The notes below the pieces were generated by a model. That model made no database searches. It had not been told where the DNA came from and saw only the letters and a program-made list of their open reading frames with translations. A program made the position numbers and the translations under genes. From an uncultured Bacteroides sp. (lineage in GTDB: Bacteria > Bacteroidota > Bacteroidia > Bacteroidales > JACABE01), in NCBI GenBank assembly GCA_964634005.1, contig CAZWKQ010000001.1:23788-87787 (forward strand): a stretch of DNA of 64,000 nucleotides. Reading direction: 5' to 3'. Position 1 is the first letter of the stretch; every line of letters starts with the position of its first letter. This document shows positions 29,130 through 37,811 of the stretch, piece by piece.

Positions 29130-30368
29130 TCATTCATATCTAAGTGCTTCGATAGGATCGAGGTTTGCGGCTTTAATTGCAGGATAAATCCCTGAAATTA
29201 CACCTACAATAAAACACAGAATAATGCCACTTATTATCCATATCCATGGGATAATAAAGCTGCTTTCTATAGCAATAGAAACGAGATTTCCAATAAGAAT
29301 TCCGAATATTACTCCAAGGATCCCGCCAATCTGACCTATCACAACTGCTTCGACTAAAAACTGATTTTTTATCAACTGTTTAGTAGCACCAAGTGACTTT
29401 CTGATACCAATTTCGCGTGTACGTTCGCTTACTGATACAAGCATAATGTTCATAAGACCTATTGCTGCTCCAATTAATGTAATAATTCCAATAATTGAAG
29501 CAGCCATTGTAACATATTTCATGTTCTCAATAAAGGTTTTTGCCATATTATCACTTTTTGTTGCTTCAAAATTATTTTCAACACCTGACGGAATTGCTCT
29601 TATTATTCTAAACAGCCCTATTGCTTCACTAATAGCAGCATCCATTTTATCGGGATTTATCACTGAAACACTTATACTGAATGACATTCCCGGTCTTGAA
29701 AAATTCTGCCTCACATTATTCAGCGGAATAATACAATTCTTGTCGCCACTAAAGCCGAAACTACTCCCTTTTGATTTTAATACTCCTATTACTTTGTATT
29801 TACCTGTCCCTAGTGTAATATTTTGTTCTATAGGGTTTTCATTGTTTTTAAAAAGTGTTTTGGACAATTCATCCCCTATTATAATAACATTTGAACCTAA
29901 TTGCACTTCGTTTAATGAAAAATTTCTACCCTTTTCTATTTCGTTTCCCGAAGTAAGCAAATAATTCTCATCTGCCCCCACAACTGCAATATTGGGATTT
30001 GTTTTTATTCCGTTGAATTTAACGGTTGCTGTATGAGTTGCAAAAGAAGAAACCGAAGTAAAAGCAGGAAAATTGTACTCGTTTTTAAAACGCTGAGCCT
30101 CTTCGTAGGTAATTTCTTTGAAATTTTTTACTCTTTGCCCTCTTCCAAATTGCATTTGAGAAACCCTGTTACGTATAGTAAAAGTACTGGCACCCATCAT
30201 CGAAAAACTCTTAGTAATACTATATTTCAATGAATCTATTGCTGTTAGAATTCCCACAAGTGCCATAATACCGAAAGCAATTATTAGAACCGTCAATATT
30301 GTTCTTAGTAAATGACTTCTTATCGACTCGAAAGAAATCTTAATATTTTCGATAATTAGAAGTTTCAT
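29130..30368 (-). CDS. ABC transporter permease, MacB/FtsX family
   Basis: 412 aa. N-terminal TM helix, a large periplasmic MacB_PCD-like region and a C-terminal FtsX 3-TM module with [15 protein letters not shown]. No ATPase gene is adjacent. Confidence 0.85.
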   Translation of the reverse strand: MKLLIIENIKISFESIRSHLLRTILTVLIIAFGIMALVGILTAIDSLKYSITKSFSMMGASTFTIRNRVSQMQFGRGQRVKNFKEITYEEAQRFKNEYNFPAFTSVSSFATHTATVKFNGIKTNPNIAVVGADENYLLTSGNEIEKGRNFSLNEVQLGSNVIIIGDELSKTLFKNNENPIEQNITLGTGKYKVIGVLKSKGSSFGFSGDKNCIIPLNNVRQNFSRPGMSFSISVSVINPDKMDAAISEAIGLFRIIRAIPSGVENNFEATKSDNMAKTFIENMKYVTMAASIIGIITLIGAAIGLMNIMLVSVSERTREIGIRKSLGATKQLIKNQFLVEAVVIGQIGGILGVIFGILIGNLVSIAIESSFIIPWIWIISGIILCFIVGVISGIYPAIKAANLDPIEALRYE

Positions 30369-30375
30369 TTAAAAT

Positions 30376-31032
30376 TTAATATTGAATTTTATTACCGAAT
30401 GCCAAATCTCCTGCATCACCTAAACCGGGAACTATATAGGCTTGTGCAGTAAGTTCATCATCAATAGCTCCTGTATAAATTGATACATCATTCATAGAAA
30501 CATGCTTTTTAATAAAATCTAAACCCTCCAAACTTGAAAGTGCTGAGACAAAATATGTGTGTAAAGGTTTTCCGTAATTGAGCAATTCCTTGTATGTTTT
30601 TATCATCGAAGCTCCGGTAGCAAGCATTGGATCACATAAAATTAAAACTTTGTTTTCAAGCTCAGGGCAAGATAAATACTCTATCTGAATTTCAAAACTA
30701 CCCGATTTATCGTGTTTGCGATATGCAGAAATAAAGGCACTTTCGGCCTTATCAAAAAAATTTAATAATCCCATATGCAATGGCAATCCTGCCCTAAGTA
30801 TCGATGCAATAACAGGTTGCTGTTTCAATACGGGAACCTGTGCTATTCCTAATGATGTTGTAACTTCGCTAATAACATACTCCATATTCTTGCTGATTTC
30901 GTAGGCAAATATTTCACCTATTCTTTCCATATTTCTGCGAAACCTCATACTATCTTTCTGAATCATTTCATCCCTTAATTCAGAAATAAATTGTGTAAAT
31001 AATGAGGATTGATTACCAATATTATGTATCAT
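30376..31032 (-). CDS. upp: Uracil phosphoribosyltransferase
   Basis: Motifs ILRAGLPL, LCDPMLATGAS (PRPP loop) and YIVPGLGDAGDLAFG. Confidence 0.9.
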   Translation of the reverse strand: MIHNIGNQSSLFTQFISELRDEMIQKDSMRFRRNMERIGEIFAYEISKNMEYVISEVTTSLGIAQVPVLKQQPVIASILRAGLPLHMGLLNFFDKAESAFISAYRKHDKSGSFEIQIEYLSCPELENKVLILCDPMLATGASMIKTYKELLNYGKPLHTYFVSALSSLEGLDFIKKHVSMNDVSIYTGAIDDELTAQAYIVPGLGDAGDLAFGNKIQY

Positions 31033-31095
31033 TTCAGACGATTAAAATTTCATTATTCAATAAATAAGATTAACTTTTATGGCAACCAAAATTAA

Positions 31096-32052
31096 TCATA
31101 TTTTACTTAACAGTAGCTTTTTTATTTTTTTCCTTAGTAAAAAAAAATATCTTAAAAGTAAAGGGAGCCTGTTTATTATAACTGTATGATAATTATCTTC
31201 TTTAGAACCAAAACTTTTATAAAACCTTGCAAGATTCTGATCGTTTGAACCCTCAAAATCAAGGATTAAACCCGAATAAGAATAAGTTTTTATAAAATTA
31301 TCAATTATGGAAGGCATTGCAAAAATTCTTTTTGCTTCATTATCTGTTGCTGAAAAAATGAATATTACCCTGTTTTTATAAAACAAAAATACAGCACCTG
31401 AACATAAGTTATTTACTAAATTATAAACTCCGTATGTTTTAATATTACCTTTATGTAAAAGTGAATAAATTAGGCGATTTAACCTTTTATAATCATTATC
31501 TTTCAGGTGCAGAAACTCTTTACCTTTATTATTCCTGAATAAGTTTATTATATCTTCAGGTTTAATATTTTCGGTAATTTTTAAGTTATTTTTTTCGGCT
31601 TTCTTTAGATTTCTTTTTAAATTTTCCGAATATTTCGACTTTATAATCTCATAATTGTTATTAAGCTCAAGAACATAGTTTTTGTTTTTTATTAAAGAAA
31701 AAGAAGACTCAATTTTATAAATATTTTCATTATTCAAATGAATTTCAATATACTTAAAATGCAGTGGAATAGCTTTTAAAAAATCTTCAAGTTTTTTTGA
31801 AGTTATAATTTCTTTTGAAAACACTCCTAATTGCTGGGTAAAAAAAGGAGGGAAAATATAATAAATACCAAACTTTTTTCTATAAATCAAAGGCATAACA
31901 CTATGATAATCATCTTCAATAAGAGCATCCCAATTTTCTGCAACTATATTTAAATACCAAGAATTGGCATAAATTAATGAATTAAGTGATTTTGAAATGC
32001 ATTCATCCCATTTCTTAAAATCTATTTCATCATTTTTATAATACTTTATCAT
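31096..32052 (-). CDS. Hypothetical protein, possibly a FemAB/GNAT-fold acyl- or aminoacyl-transferase
   Basis: 318-aa ORF with no clear catalytic motif visible. The N-terminus (DFKKWDECI ... ANSWYLNIVAENWDALI) resembles bacteroidetal proteins usually annotated as GNAT/FemAB-like. Assignment is weak. Confidence 0.4.
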   Translation of the reverse strand: MIKYYKNDEIDFKKWDECISKSLNSLIYANSWYLNIVAENWDALIEDDYHSVMPLIYRKKFGIYYIFPPFFTQQLGVFSKEIITSKKLEDFLKAIPLHFKYIEIHLNNENIYKIESSFSLIKNKNYVLELNNNYEIIKSKYSENLKRNLKKAEKNNLKITENIKPEDIINLFRNNKGKEFLHLKDNDYKRLNRLIYSLLHKGNIKTYGVYNLVNNLCSGAVFLFYKNRVIFIFSATDNEAKRIFAMPSIIDNFIKTYSYSGLILDFEGSNDQNLARFYKSFGSKEDNYHTVIINRLPLLLRYFFLLRKKIKKLLLSKI

Positions 32053-32062
32053 TCAATAATAT

Positions 32063-33379
32063 CTAATTATGATGTTGATTTAATGCATACTCAATCATAT
32101 CGTTATATAACTGATCCCATCCTACCCATCTTTTTTTATTACATAACGATTCGTTGTGCCATAAACTGATAAAAGTACCATTAACTTTTTTTACTTCATC
32201 AATCAAAGAAAAAATAATTGGTTTGGCATTTTTTGCATCTTTGTTATGATAATCTCTTAATGTACCTTCCATAAATGCAAAAGGATGAATAATCAGGTTT
32301 GTCTCAATATCCATTTCAAGGTCATAGAAATTAAAAGAAGAAGCAATACTTGCTCTAAAGCCTATTTCGCTTGCGTATCCCATAGTGTAGTCGTCTGTAA
32401 TACCAAGTTCGAGCAGGTTTCTGTACGTTTGTGGCATCGAAAGCTTTAAAAAATGCTGCCTCGATTTTGTTATCGGTCGATTTAAAACGTTTGACAAGTT
32501 ATTTATTTCTTCTTTTAGTATGTTAATATTGCTATTTGAAGCATAAGAAGGATGAATGCCGACATCTGCCTCATCATCGAGCATTTTTATTAACGAGTGA
32601 AATTTCTGATTGTTTATAGGTATATTTTTATCGTAAGTTCCATACCTTGCAAACAAGATAAAGAAAATTGGTCGAAGACCATATTTTTGGTGAATAGTAC
32701 TAAGATTTGAATAAGTATCAAAATAATCGTCACTTAATCCTGACAGTACTTTTGTTCTTTCGATAATTTCAGAAAAATCAAACCTTTTAAGTGATTTTAA
32801 ATATCCGCCGATTGATCTGATAATCCCTTTCAACCTGTATGCATAGGCACTATCAATATCTATGGTAGGTATAAACGTAAAATCTTTTTTCTTTGTTTTA
32901 AAATTGGGGTAAAAACTTTTGATTTTTTCTTCAATACTTTGAGCCCATATGTTAATAACCGGCTTTTTAAGGAAATAATTTCGAAATGCAAAACTTTGAT
33001 TTGGGGAAAACCTTTCGTGTTGGTCTTTGATATAAGGCAAGTATTCTTCGTATCTGCTTATTAAGTAAAAACCTGCAGCAAATGGGTCGAAAGGGAAAGC
33101 CGATTTTTTATTATTTACGGCAAAAGGAACCACAATATTTTCAAACTCGGTAAACTGAATATCAATCTGATGAATAGTTTCTTCAAACAAAATATTAGTA
33201 GATGAAAAAAATATTTCGTTACTCAATGGTTGTTCGGCGTAACTTATTTTTACTCCATCATAGTTTATAAAAATGTCCTTATCGCATGTTATATTGAAAT
33301 CTATACCTAAAAGGTTTGAAAAATATATTTTAAAAATATAGTTTATTCTTCTTGTTTGGAAAGGAGTATAAATTAACAT
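32063..33379 (-). CDS. Polysaccharide-deacetylase-like protein with an N-terminal domain of unknown function
   Basis: 438 aa. The C-terminal half carries IPTIDIDSAYAY, GIHPSY and SRQHFLK elements reminiscent of the CE4/polysaccharide deacetylase fold. By eye only. Confidence 0.5.
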   Translation of the reverse strand: MLIYTPFQTRRINYIFKIYFSNLLGIDFNITCDKDIFINYDGVKISYAEQPLSNEIFFSSTNILFEETIHQIDIQFTEFENIVVPFAVNNKKSAFPFDPFAAGFYLISRYEEYLPYIKDQHERFSPNQSFAFRNYFLKKPVINIWAQSIEEKIKSFYPNFKTKKKDFTFIPTIDIDSAYAYRLKGIIRSIGGYLKSLKRFDFSEIIERTKVLSGLSDDYFDTYSNLSTIHQKYGLRPIFFILFARYGTYDKNIPINNQKFHSLIKMLDDEADVGIHPSYASNSNINILKEEINNLSNVLNRPITKSRQHFLKLSMPQTYRNLLELGITDDYTMGYASEIGFRASIASSFNFYDLEMDIETNLIIHPFAFMEGTLRDYHNKDAKNAKPIIFSLIDEVKKVNGTFISLWHNESLCNKKRWVGWDQLYNDMIEYALNQHHN

Positions 33380-33386
33380 AACTTAT

Positions 33387-34529
33387 TTATTCGAAATTAG
33401 AAATTATTTTCTCGCATATAAACTCTGCAGAATTGCCATTGCCAAAAAGAGGCATTGAATAGTCGCTTTTATTATTATTGAAATAATTAAATGAATCGAC
33501 AATTTTTTCGTAAGAGTTTCCGGCAAGTTTTGCAAAAGAATGTTGTGTAAGTTCAGTCCACTCTGTTTCATCTCTCAATATAATACATGGTTTGGCGAAA
33601 AAGAATGCTTCTTTTTGAACTCCACCGGAATCAGTACATATAATTTTCGATTTTTTTTCAATCATTATCATATCGAAAAAAGAAATCGGCTGAGATACAA
33701 TAATGTTTTTATTTTTCATTAAAACATTTTTAAGAGTTTTATTCGCATTTATAATCTTTTGAGTATGAGGATGAATGGGAAAAAATAATTTAAGATTAAA
33801 ATTAGTTACTATATCGGTTAATGACTTTAAAATTATTTCCAACCTCGATATATTGCTTGTATTATAATTACGATGTAATGTAAGTAATATGTAATTTTCT
33901 TCTTTAAGGTTGAATTTTTCGAGTATTTTCGAGTTTTTTTCAGCAATTCTGCCGTAAAAAATTGCATTATCCAACATTATATCACCACTCAGAAATATAC
34001 CTTTTTGATTTGGATTATATGGCTTTTTATCAGAGTGTATAAAGCCTTCGTTTTTAAGGTTCTTTACTGCATTTTCAGTAGGACAAAAAAGCATTGATGA
34101 GGCATAATCACAATAAATTCGGTTCAATTCTTCGGGCATATCATAATTATATGACCTTAAACCTGCCTCTATGTGAACTAAAGGAATTCTCAGATTTGAT
34201 GCTGCTATACTTCCGACAAGAGTAGAATTTGTATCTCCATAAACGAGAACCAAGTCAGGATTATTTTTTCTGATTGACTTCTCAATCTTTTTTATCATAT
34301 CACCAATCATTTCATTTTGATTGGTTGGTTTAACATTCAGAAAATCAATATTTTTGTTAATATTTAGCTCATCAAAAAAAATCTTCGACATGTTGTCATC
34401 ATAGTGTTGACCTGTGTGGACAAGTAATTCTTTAATTTTATTACTGAATTTTTTTTCGATACATCTGCTTAAAGCCGCAGATTTAATAATTTGGGGTCTT
34501 GCTCCTATTATGGTCAGAATTTTTATCAT
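33387..34529 (-). CDS. wecB: UDP-N-acetylglucosamine 2-epimerase (non-hydrolysing)
   Basis: Motifs IIGARPQIIK, VHIEAGLRS and TDSGGVQKEA. ATG at 34529 (MIKILT...) is preferred over the track start at 34574, which would overlap radC. Confidence 0.85.
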   Translation of the reverse strand: MIKILTIIGARPQIIKSAALSRCIEKKFSNKIKELLVHTGQHYDDNMSKIFFDELNINKNIDFLNVKPTNQNEMIGDMIKKIEKSIRKNNPDLVLVYGDTNSTLVGSIAASNLRIPLVHIEAGLRSYNYDMPEELNRIYCDYASSMLFCPTENAVKNLKNEGFIHSDKKPYNPNQKGIFLSGDIMLDNAIFYGRIAEKNSKILEKFNLKEENYILLTLHRNYNTSNISRLEIILKSLTDIVTNFNLKLFFPIHPHTQKIINANKTLKNVLMKNKNIIVSQPISFFDMIMIEKKSKIICTDSGGVQKEAFFFAKPCIILRDETEWTELTQHSFAKLAGNSYEKIVDSFNYFNNNKSDYSMPLFGNGNSAEFICEKIISNFE

Positions 34530-34530
34530 T

Positions 34531-35235
34531 TTATATTTCTTGTTCATCGGCAAAACTGTAATAATTTTCTCCACTTATTATAATATGGTCAAGCACGTGA
34601 ATTTCGAGTAAACTACCCGCAGCCTTTAGGTTTTTGGTAAGTTTAATATCGGCTTCACTTGGCTTAATATTCCCCGATGGATGATTATGACATAAAATAA
34701 TTGAACTCGCATTATTATCAATAGCAATTTTGAAAATTTTTTTTGGATCGACTATAGTAGCTGAAATCCCTCCTTCGCTTACAGAAACGGTTTTAATTAT
34801 TGTATTATTTTTTCTTAACAAGATAATCCAAAATTCTTCATATTTGCTGTCGGAAAAATAACTTTGAAGCAATTCATAAGCATCTTTACTCGATGAAATT
34901 TTTTTTCGGTTTATTACCTCGGCTCCTCTTCGCCTTTTCCCTAATTCAAGGGCAGCTATTATTGTTACTGCTTTAGCCTTACCTATTCCTTTGAAATTTT
35001 TGACGAAATCATTTACATTTAATCCCGAAAGGTCTACAAGATTATAATTAACATAACGTAATATTCGTTTCGACAAGTCAACTGCAGACTCATCTTTATT
35101 CCCCGAACCTATCAGAATAGCCAACAATTCAGCATCACTTAAAACATTACTGCCTTTGTTAATAAGCTTTTCTCGCGGTCTATCGTCTACTGCCCAGTTT
35201 TTTATGGCATTTTTCTCATTTGCATCACTCGCCAT
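34531..35235 (-). CDS. radC: RadC-family JAB/MPN-domain protein (UPF0758)
   Basis: HhH-like GIGKAKA, then the JAMM motif HNHPSG and LLDHIII-type C-terminus (VLDHIIISG). Confidence 0.85.
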   Translation of the reverse strand: MASDANEKNAIKNWAVDDRPREKLINKGSNVLSDAELLAILIGSGNKDESAVDLSKRILRYVNYNLVDLSGLNVNDFVKNFKGIGKAKAVTIIAALELGKRRRGAEVINRKKISSSKDAYELLQSYFSDSKYEEFWIILLRKNNTIIKTVSVSEGGISATIVDPKKIFKIAIDNNASSIILCHNHPSGNIKPSEADIKLTKNLKAAGSLLEIHVLDHIIISGENYYSFADEQEI

Positions 35236-35438
35236 TTGCTAATAATTTTAACTAAAGTTATTATTTTTTTTAAATTAGTACTTTTGAGCTTAAATGTTTT
35301 TTTATTTATCAAAAAAAAACATTCTTATGTTTTTAGTTTTAAATTTTAAAATAGCAAAATTCAAAAGTAATTAATTTCTTTAAACATTTTCGATACTTAT
35401 TCAATTAAAAATTAATTTTCTCAATCAATAAAAAAAAA

Positions 35439-35462
35439 TTAATCAAACGTTTGTTTGATTAA
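35439..35462. promoter_or_regulatory. Perfect inverted repeat, candidate TetR operator
   Basis: TTAATCAAAC-GTTT-GTTTGATTAA: 10-bp perfect arms with a 4-bp spacer. It ends 10 bp upstream of the -7 box and covers the expected -33 TTTG position of the tetR promoter. Confidence 0.55.
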
Positions 35463-35471
35463 TTTTTTTTG

Positions 35472-35479
35472 TATATTTG
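35472..35479 (+). promoter_or_regulatory. Bacteroidota-type -7 promoter box (TAnnTTTG)
   Basis: TATATTTG lies 14 bp upstream of the ATG at 35493. It sits inside the track's TTG-extended ORF, which argues for the shorter start. Confidence 0.45.
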
Positions 35480-35492
35480 CAAAAAAAATTTA

Positions 35493-36122
35493 ATGACAAC
35501 AAAAGAAAAAAATCAGATAGACGCTTTTGAAAGAATAGTTAATGCAAGTGCAGAACTATTCTCGAAATATTCGTATCATTCTGTAAGTGTTAGGGAAATT
35601 GCAAATAAAGCAAATGTTAATATATCAATGATTTCATATTATTTTGGAGGTAAAGCGGGTATTTTGATTGAAATTCTTAATCGCTTCTTTGATTTGCACT
35701 TTAGCACCATTAGAGCATCTATTATTGAAACTGACACGGAAGAATTAACAATAAAAAGACTTTTTAAAAATATGGTTAATATGATCAGACTTCACACTGA
35801 TATATGCCTTATTGGATTCAGCGATTTACCTAGCAACGTTCCTGAAGTATATGAACTTAAAATTAATAAATCTAATCAGTTGATTGAGCTTGGAAATCAA
35901 ATATCAAACAAGTTTGGTATTGATTTTAATAAAAACAAAGATATTGCATACATTTTAGGACCTGCAATGATGAGTATGCTTACTTCGCACTTTACGCACA
36001 AAAAATCGATATCTCAGCAATTTAAAGTAGAATTTGATGATGAATATTATGAAAAATACAGCAACACTTTAGCCGAGTTATTCCTATACGGAATTTTTGG
36101 GCTTAGTCAAAATAAAAAATAA
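35493..36122 (+). CDS. TetR/AcrR-family transcriptional regulator
   Basis: N-terminal HTH SVREIANKANVNISMISYYFGGKAGIL and roughly 210-aa size. ATG at 35493 is preferred over TTG at 35469. Confidence 0.85.
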   Translation: MTTKEKNQIDAFERIVNASAELFSKYSYHSVSVREIANKANVNISMISYYFGGKAGILIEILNRFFDLHFSTIRASIIETDTEELTIKRLFKNMVNMIRLHTDICLIGFSDLPSNVPEVYELKINKSNQLIELGNQISNKFGIDFNKNKDIAYILGPAMMSMLTSHFTHKKSISQQFKVEFDDEYYEKYSNTLAELFLYGIFGLSQNKK

Positions 36123-36138
36123 TTTTTTTTGAAATTTT

Positions 36139-36154
36139 ATCAAACTAATGTTTG
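36139..36154. promoter_or_regulatory. Imperfect second copy of the operator half-sites
   Basis: ATCAAAC-TAAT-GTTTG shares the CAAAC/GTTTG core and 4-bp spacer with the 35439-35462 palindrome. It lies between the tetR stop and the first operon gene. Confidence 0.35.
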
Positions 36155-36186
36155 TTTGTTTTTATAAACTTTAAAATGTGTTTCAA

Positions 36187-36885
36187 ATGAATTATGCAGT
36201 AATAGCGGCAGGAGACGGAAAAAGGTTAATAGAAGAAGGGATAAAAACGCCAAAACCATTGATAAAAATTAATGGTATTGAAATGATAAAGAGGCTATTG
36301 GATATATTTGAGGATAATAACGCAACAAAAGTTAGTGTAATAGTAAATGAATCATTTAAAGAAGTTAAAGATTTTATCTCTTCTCAAAAAAATCAATTCC
36401 CTATCGAGATAAAAGTTAAGTCAACTCCGAGTTCAATGCATAGTTTATACGAATTGAAACAATTAATCGGAAATACTTCTTTTTGTTTAACTACTGTTGA
36501 TACAATTTTTAATGAGGAAGAATTTAAACTATTTATAAACTACGCTGAAAGTCAAAAGGATAAAGATGCAGTAATGGGGATAACCTCATTTATTGATGAT
36601 GAAAAGCCATTATTTATTAAAACTCAAGGTGATAGAATAATTGAATTCAGTGACGATAAAAAAAACTCAATTTATGTTTCGGGAGGAATATACTTTTTCA
36701 GACCGGTAATTTGGGAAGTATTGCAAAATTCAATAAATGCCGGTACTAACAGAATGAGAAACTTTCAGAGGGATTTATTAAAAGCGGGGCTTAATGTCGG
36801 ATTTTATGAATTTTCGAAAATAATAGATGTTGACCACGTGAAAGATATTGAAACAGCAGAGAATCTAAATATTAAAAATAATTAA
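36187..36885 (+). CDS. NTP-transferase-fold nucleotidylyltransferase (candidate CTP:inositol-1-phosphate cytidylyltransferase)
   Basis: N-terminal AVIAAGDGKRL...KPL signature of sugar/alcohol-phosphate nucleotidylyltransferases. ATG at 36187 is preferred over GTG at 36178. Substrate is inferred only from context. Confidence 0.7.
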   Translation: MNYAVIAAGDGKRLIEEGIKTPKPLIKINGIEMIKRLLDIFEDNNATKVSVIVNESFKEVKDFISSQKNQFPIEIKVKSTPSSMHSLYELKQLIGNTSFCLTTVDTIFNEEEFKLFINYAESQKDKDAVMGITSFIDDEKPLFIKTQGDRIIEFSDDKKNSIYVSGGIYFFRPVIWEVLQNSINAGTNRMRNFQRDLLKAGLNVGFYEFSKIIDVDHVKDIETAENLNIKNN

Positions 36886-36889
36886 AAGA

Positions 36890-37798
36890 ATGGACAGCAC
36901 TATAGAAATAACAGGAATATCGAGAGGTGAAAAATATTCGCCAAATCACACCAATAACGATGGTATCATCTTTAAGTTAGTTGCCAATGAGCTTAGTTTA
37001 ATGGGAGCTAAAGTAGAACTTATTGACGAAAAAAAATTTCAAGATTCACAAATAAACACACAAATAGTATTTTCGATGGTTAGATCGCCAAAATCTGTCG
37101 AAAAGCTTATAGAAATTGAAAAAAATGGAGCTTTAGTAATTAATTCGGGGTTTTCTATAAAAAATTGTTACAGAGCAAACCTAACTAAAATTTTAACATA
37201 CAATTCAATCCCCTATCCAAAATCTTTAGTTGTAAACACAAGCGAAATGATTTGGGAAGAATTGGATTATTTTAATAAGTATCCAATTTGGGTAAAAAGA
37301 GGAGATGTTCATGCAATTCATAAGGAGGATGTTGTTCTTGTTTACTGTCGTGAAGAGGTTAATAATGTTTTGTCGGAATTTAGAAAAAGAGGAATTAAAG
37401 AAGCTGTTTTGATGGAGCATATAGAAGGAGATATAATAAAATTTTACGGTGTAATAAATACCGGATTTTTCTACTGGTTTAGCCTTTTAGACACAAATCA
37501 TTCAAAATTCGATATCGAAAAAAAAGTAAACAGTAACAATCATACTCCTTTTGATGAAAATAATCTGAAAGAATTGGCAGAAAAATCTGCAATGCTTGCA
37601 GGAGTATCAATATACGGTGGCGATGTTATTGTTAGAAAAAATGGGACATTATGTCTTATAGATTTAAACGACTGGCCTAGCTTTGCCCCGATAAGAGAAT
37701 CAGCATCAAAAGCTATAGCGAGTCACATTTATTCACGTGCTGAACAATTTATAAAAACTAAGAATAATTCATTGGTTTTTGATAAACAAATGGTTTAA
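36890..37798 (+). CDS. ATP-grasp-fold enzyme, substrate unknown
   Basis: 302 aa. Elements PIWVKRGDVH, MEHIEGD and YGGDVIV...CLIDLNDWPSF match the Lys, E-x-I-x-G and Mg-binding D/N positions of ATP-grasp enzymes. Confidence 0.6.
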   Translation: MDSTIEITGISRGEKYSPNHTNNDGIIFKLVANELSLMGAKVELIDEKKFQDSQINTQIVFSMVRSPKSVEKLIEIEKNGALVINSGFSIKNCYRANLTKILTYNSIPYPKSLVVNTSEMIWEELDYFNKYPIWVKRGDVHAIHKEDVVLVYCREEVNNVLSEFRKRGIKEAVLMEHIEGDIIKFYGVINTGFFYWFSLLDTNHSKFDIEKKVNSNNHTPFDENNLKELAEKSAMLAGVSIYGGDVIVRKNGTLCLIDLNDWPSFAPIRESASKAIASHIYSRAEQFIKTKNNSLVFDKQMV

Positions 37799-37811
37799 AA
37801 AATTTAAAACT

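Noticed and set aside
29446-29964. 172-aa plus-strand ORF (and the 30033..30233 ORF) inside the FtsX/MacB permease gene
   Set aside because: It lies fully antisense to a well-supported CDS. The product is a hydrophobic, low-complexity mirror of a membrane protein, with no start context or promoter box. This is a typical shadow ORF in AT-rich DNA.
34531-35235. radC as a marker of a mobile element or defence island
   Set aside because: No integrase, transposase, restriction, toxin or phage genes are nearby, and there are no flanking repeats. The gene is tightly linked to cell-envelope genes, so it looks like an ordinary chromosomal copy.
35469-35492. Track-extended starts using TTG/GTG codons (35469 tetR, 13019 porP-like, 12678 porU, 3035 ybaB, 15614 murF, 62904 rlpA, 49922 ispB-like, 36178, 37779, 34574)
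   Set aside because: In each case a nearby downstream ATG gives a canonical N-terminus. The extension also runs through a -7 promoter box, a terminator hairpin or the neighbouring gene. The shorter coordinates were used.
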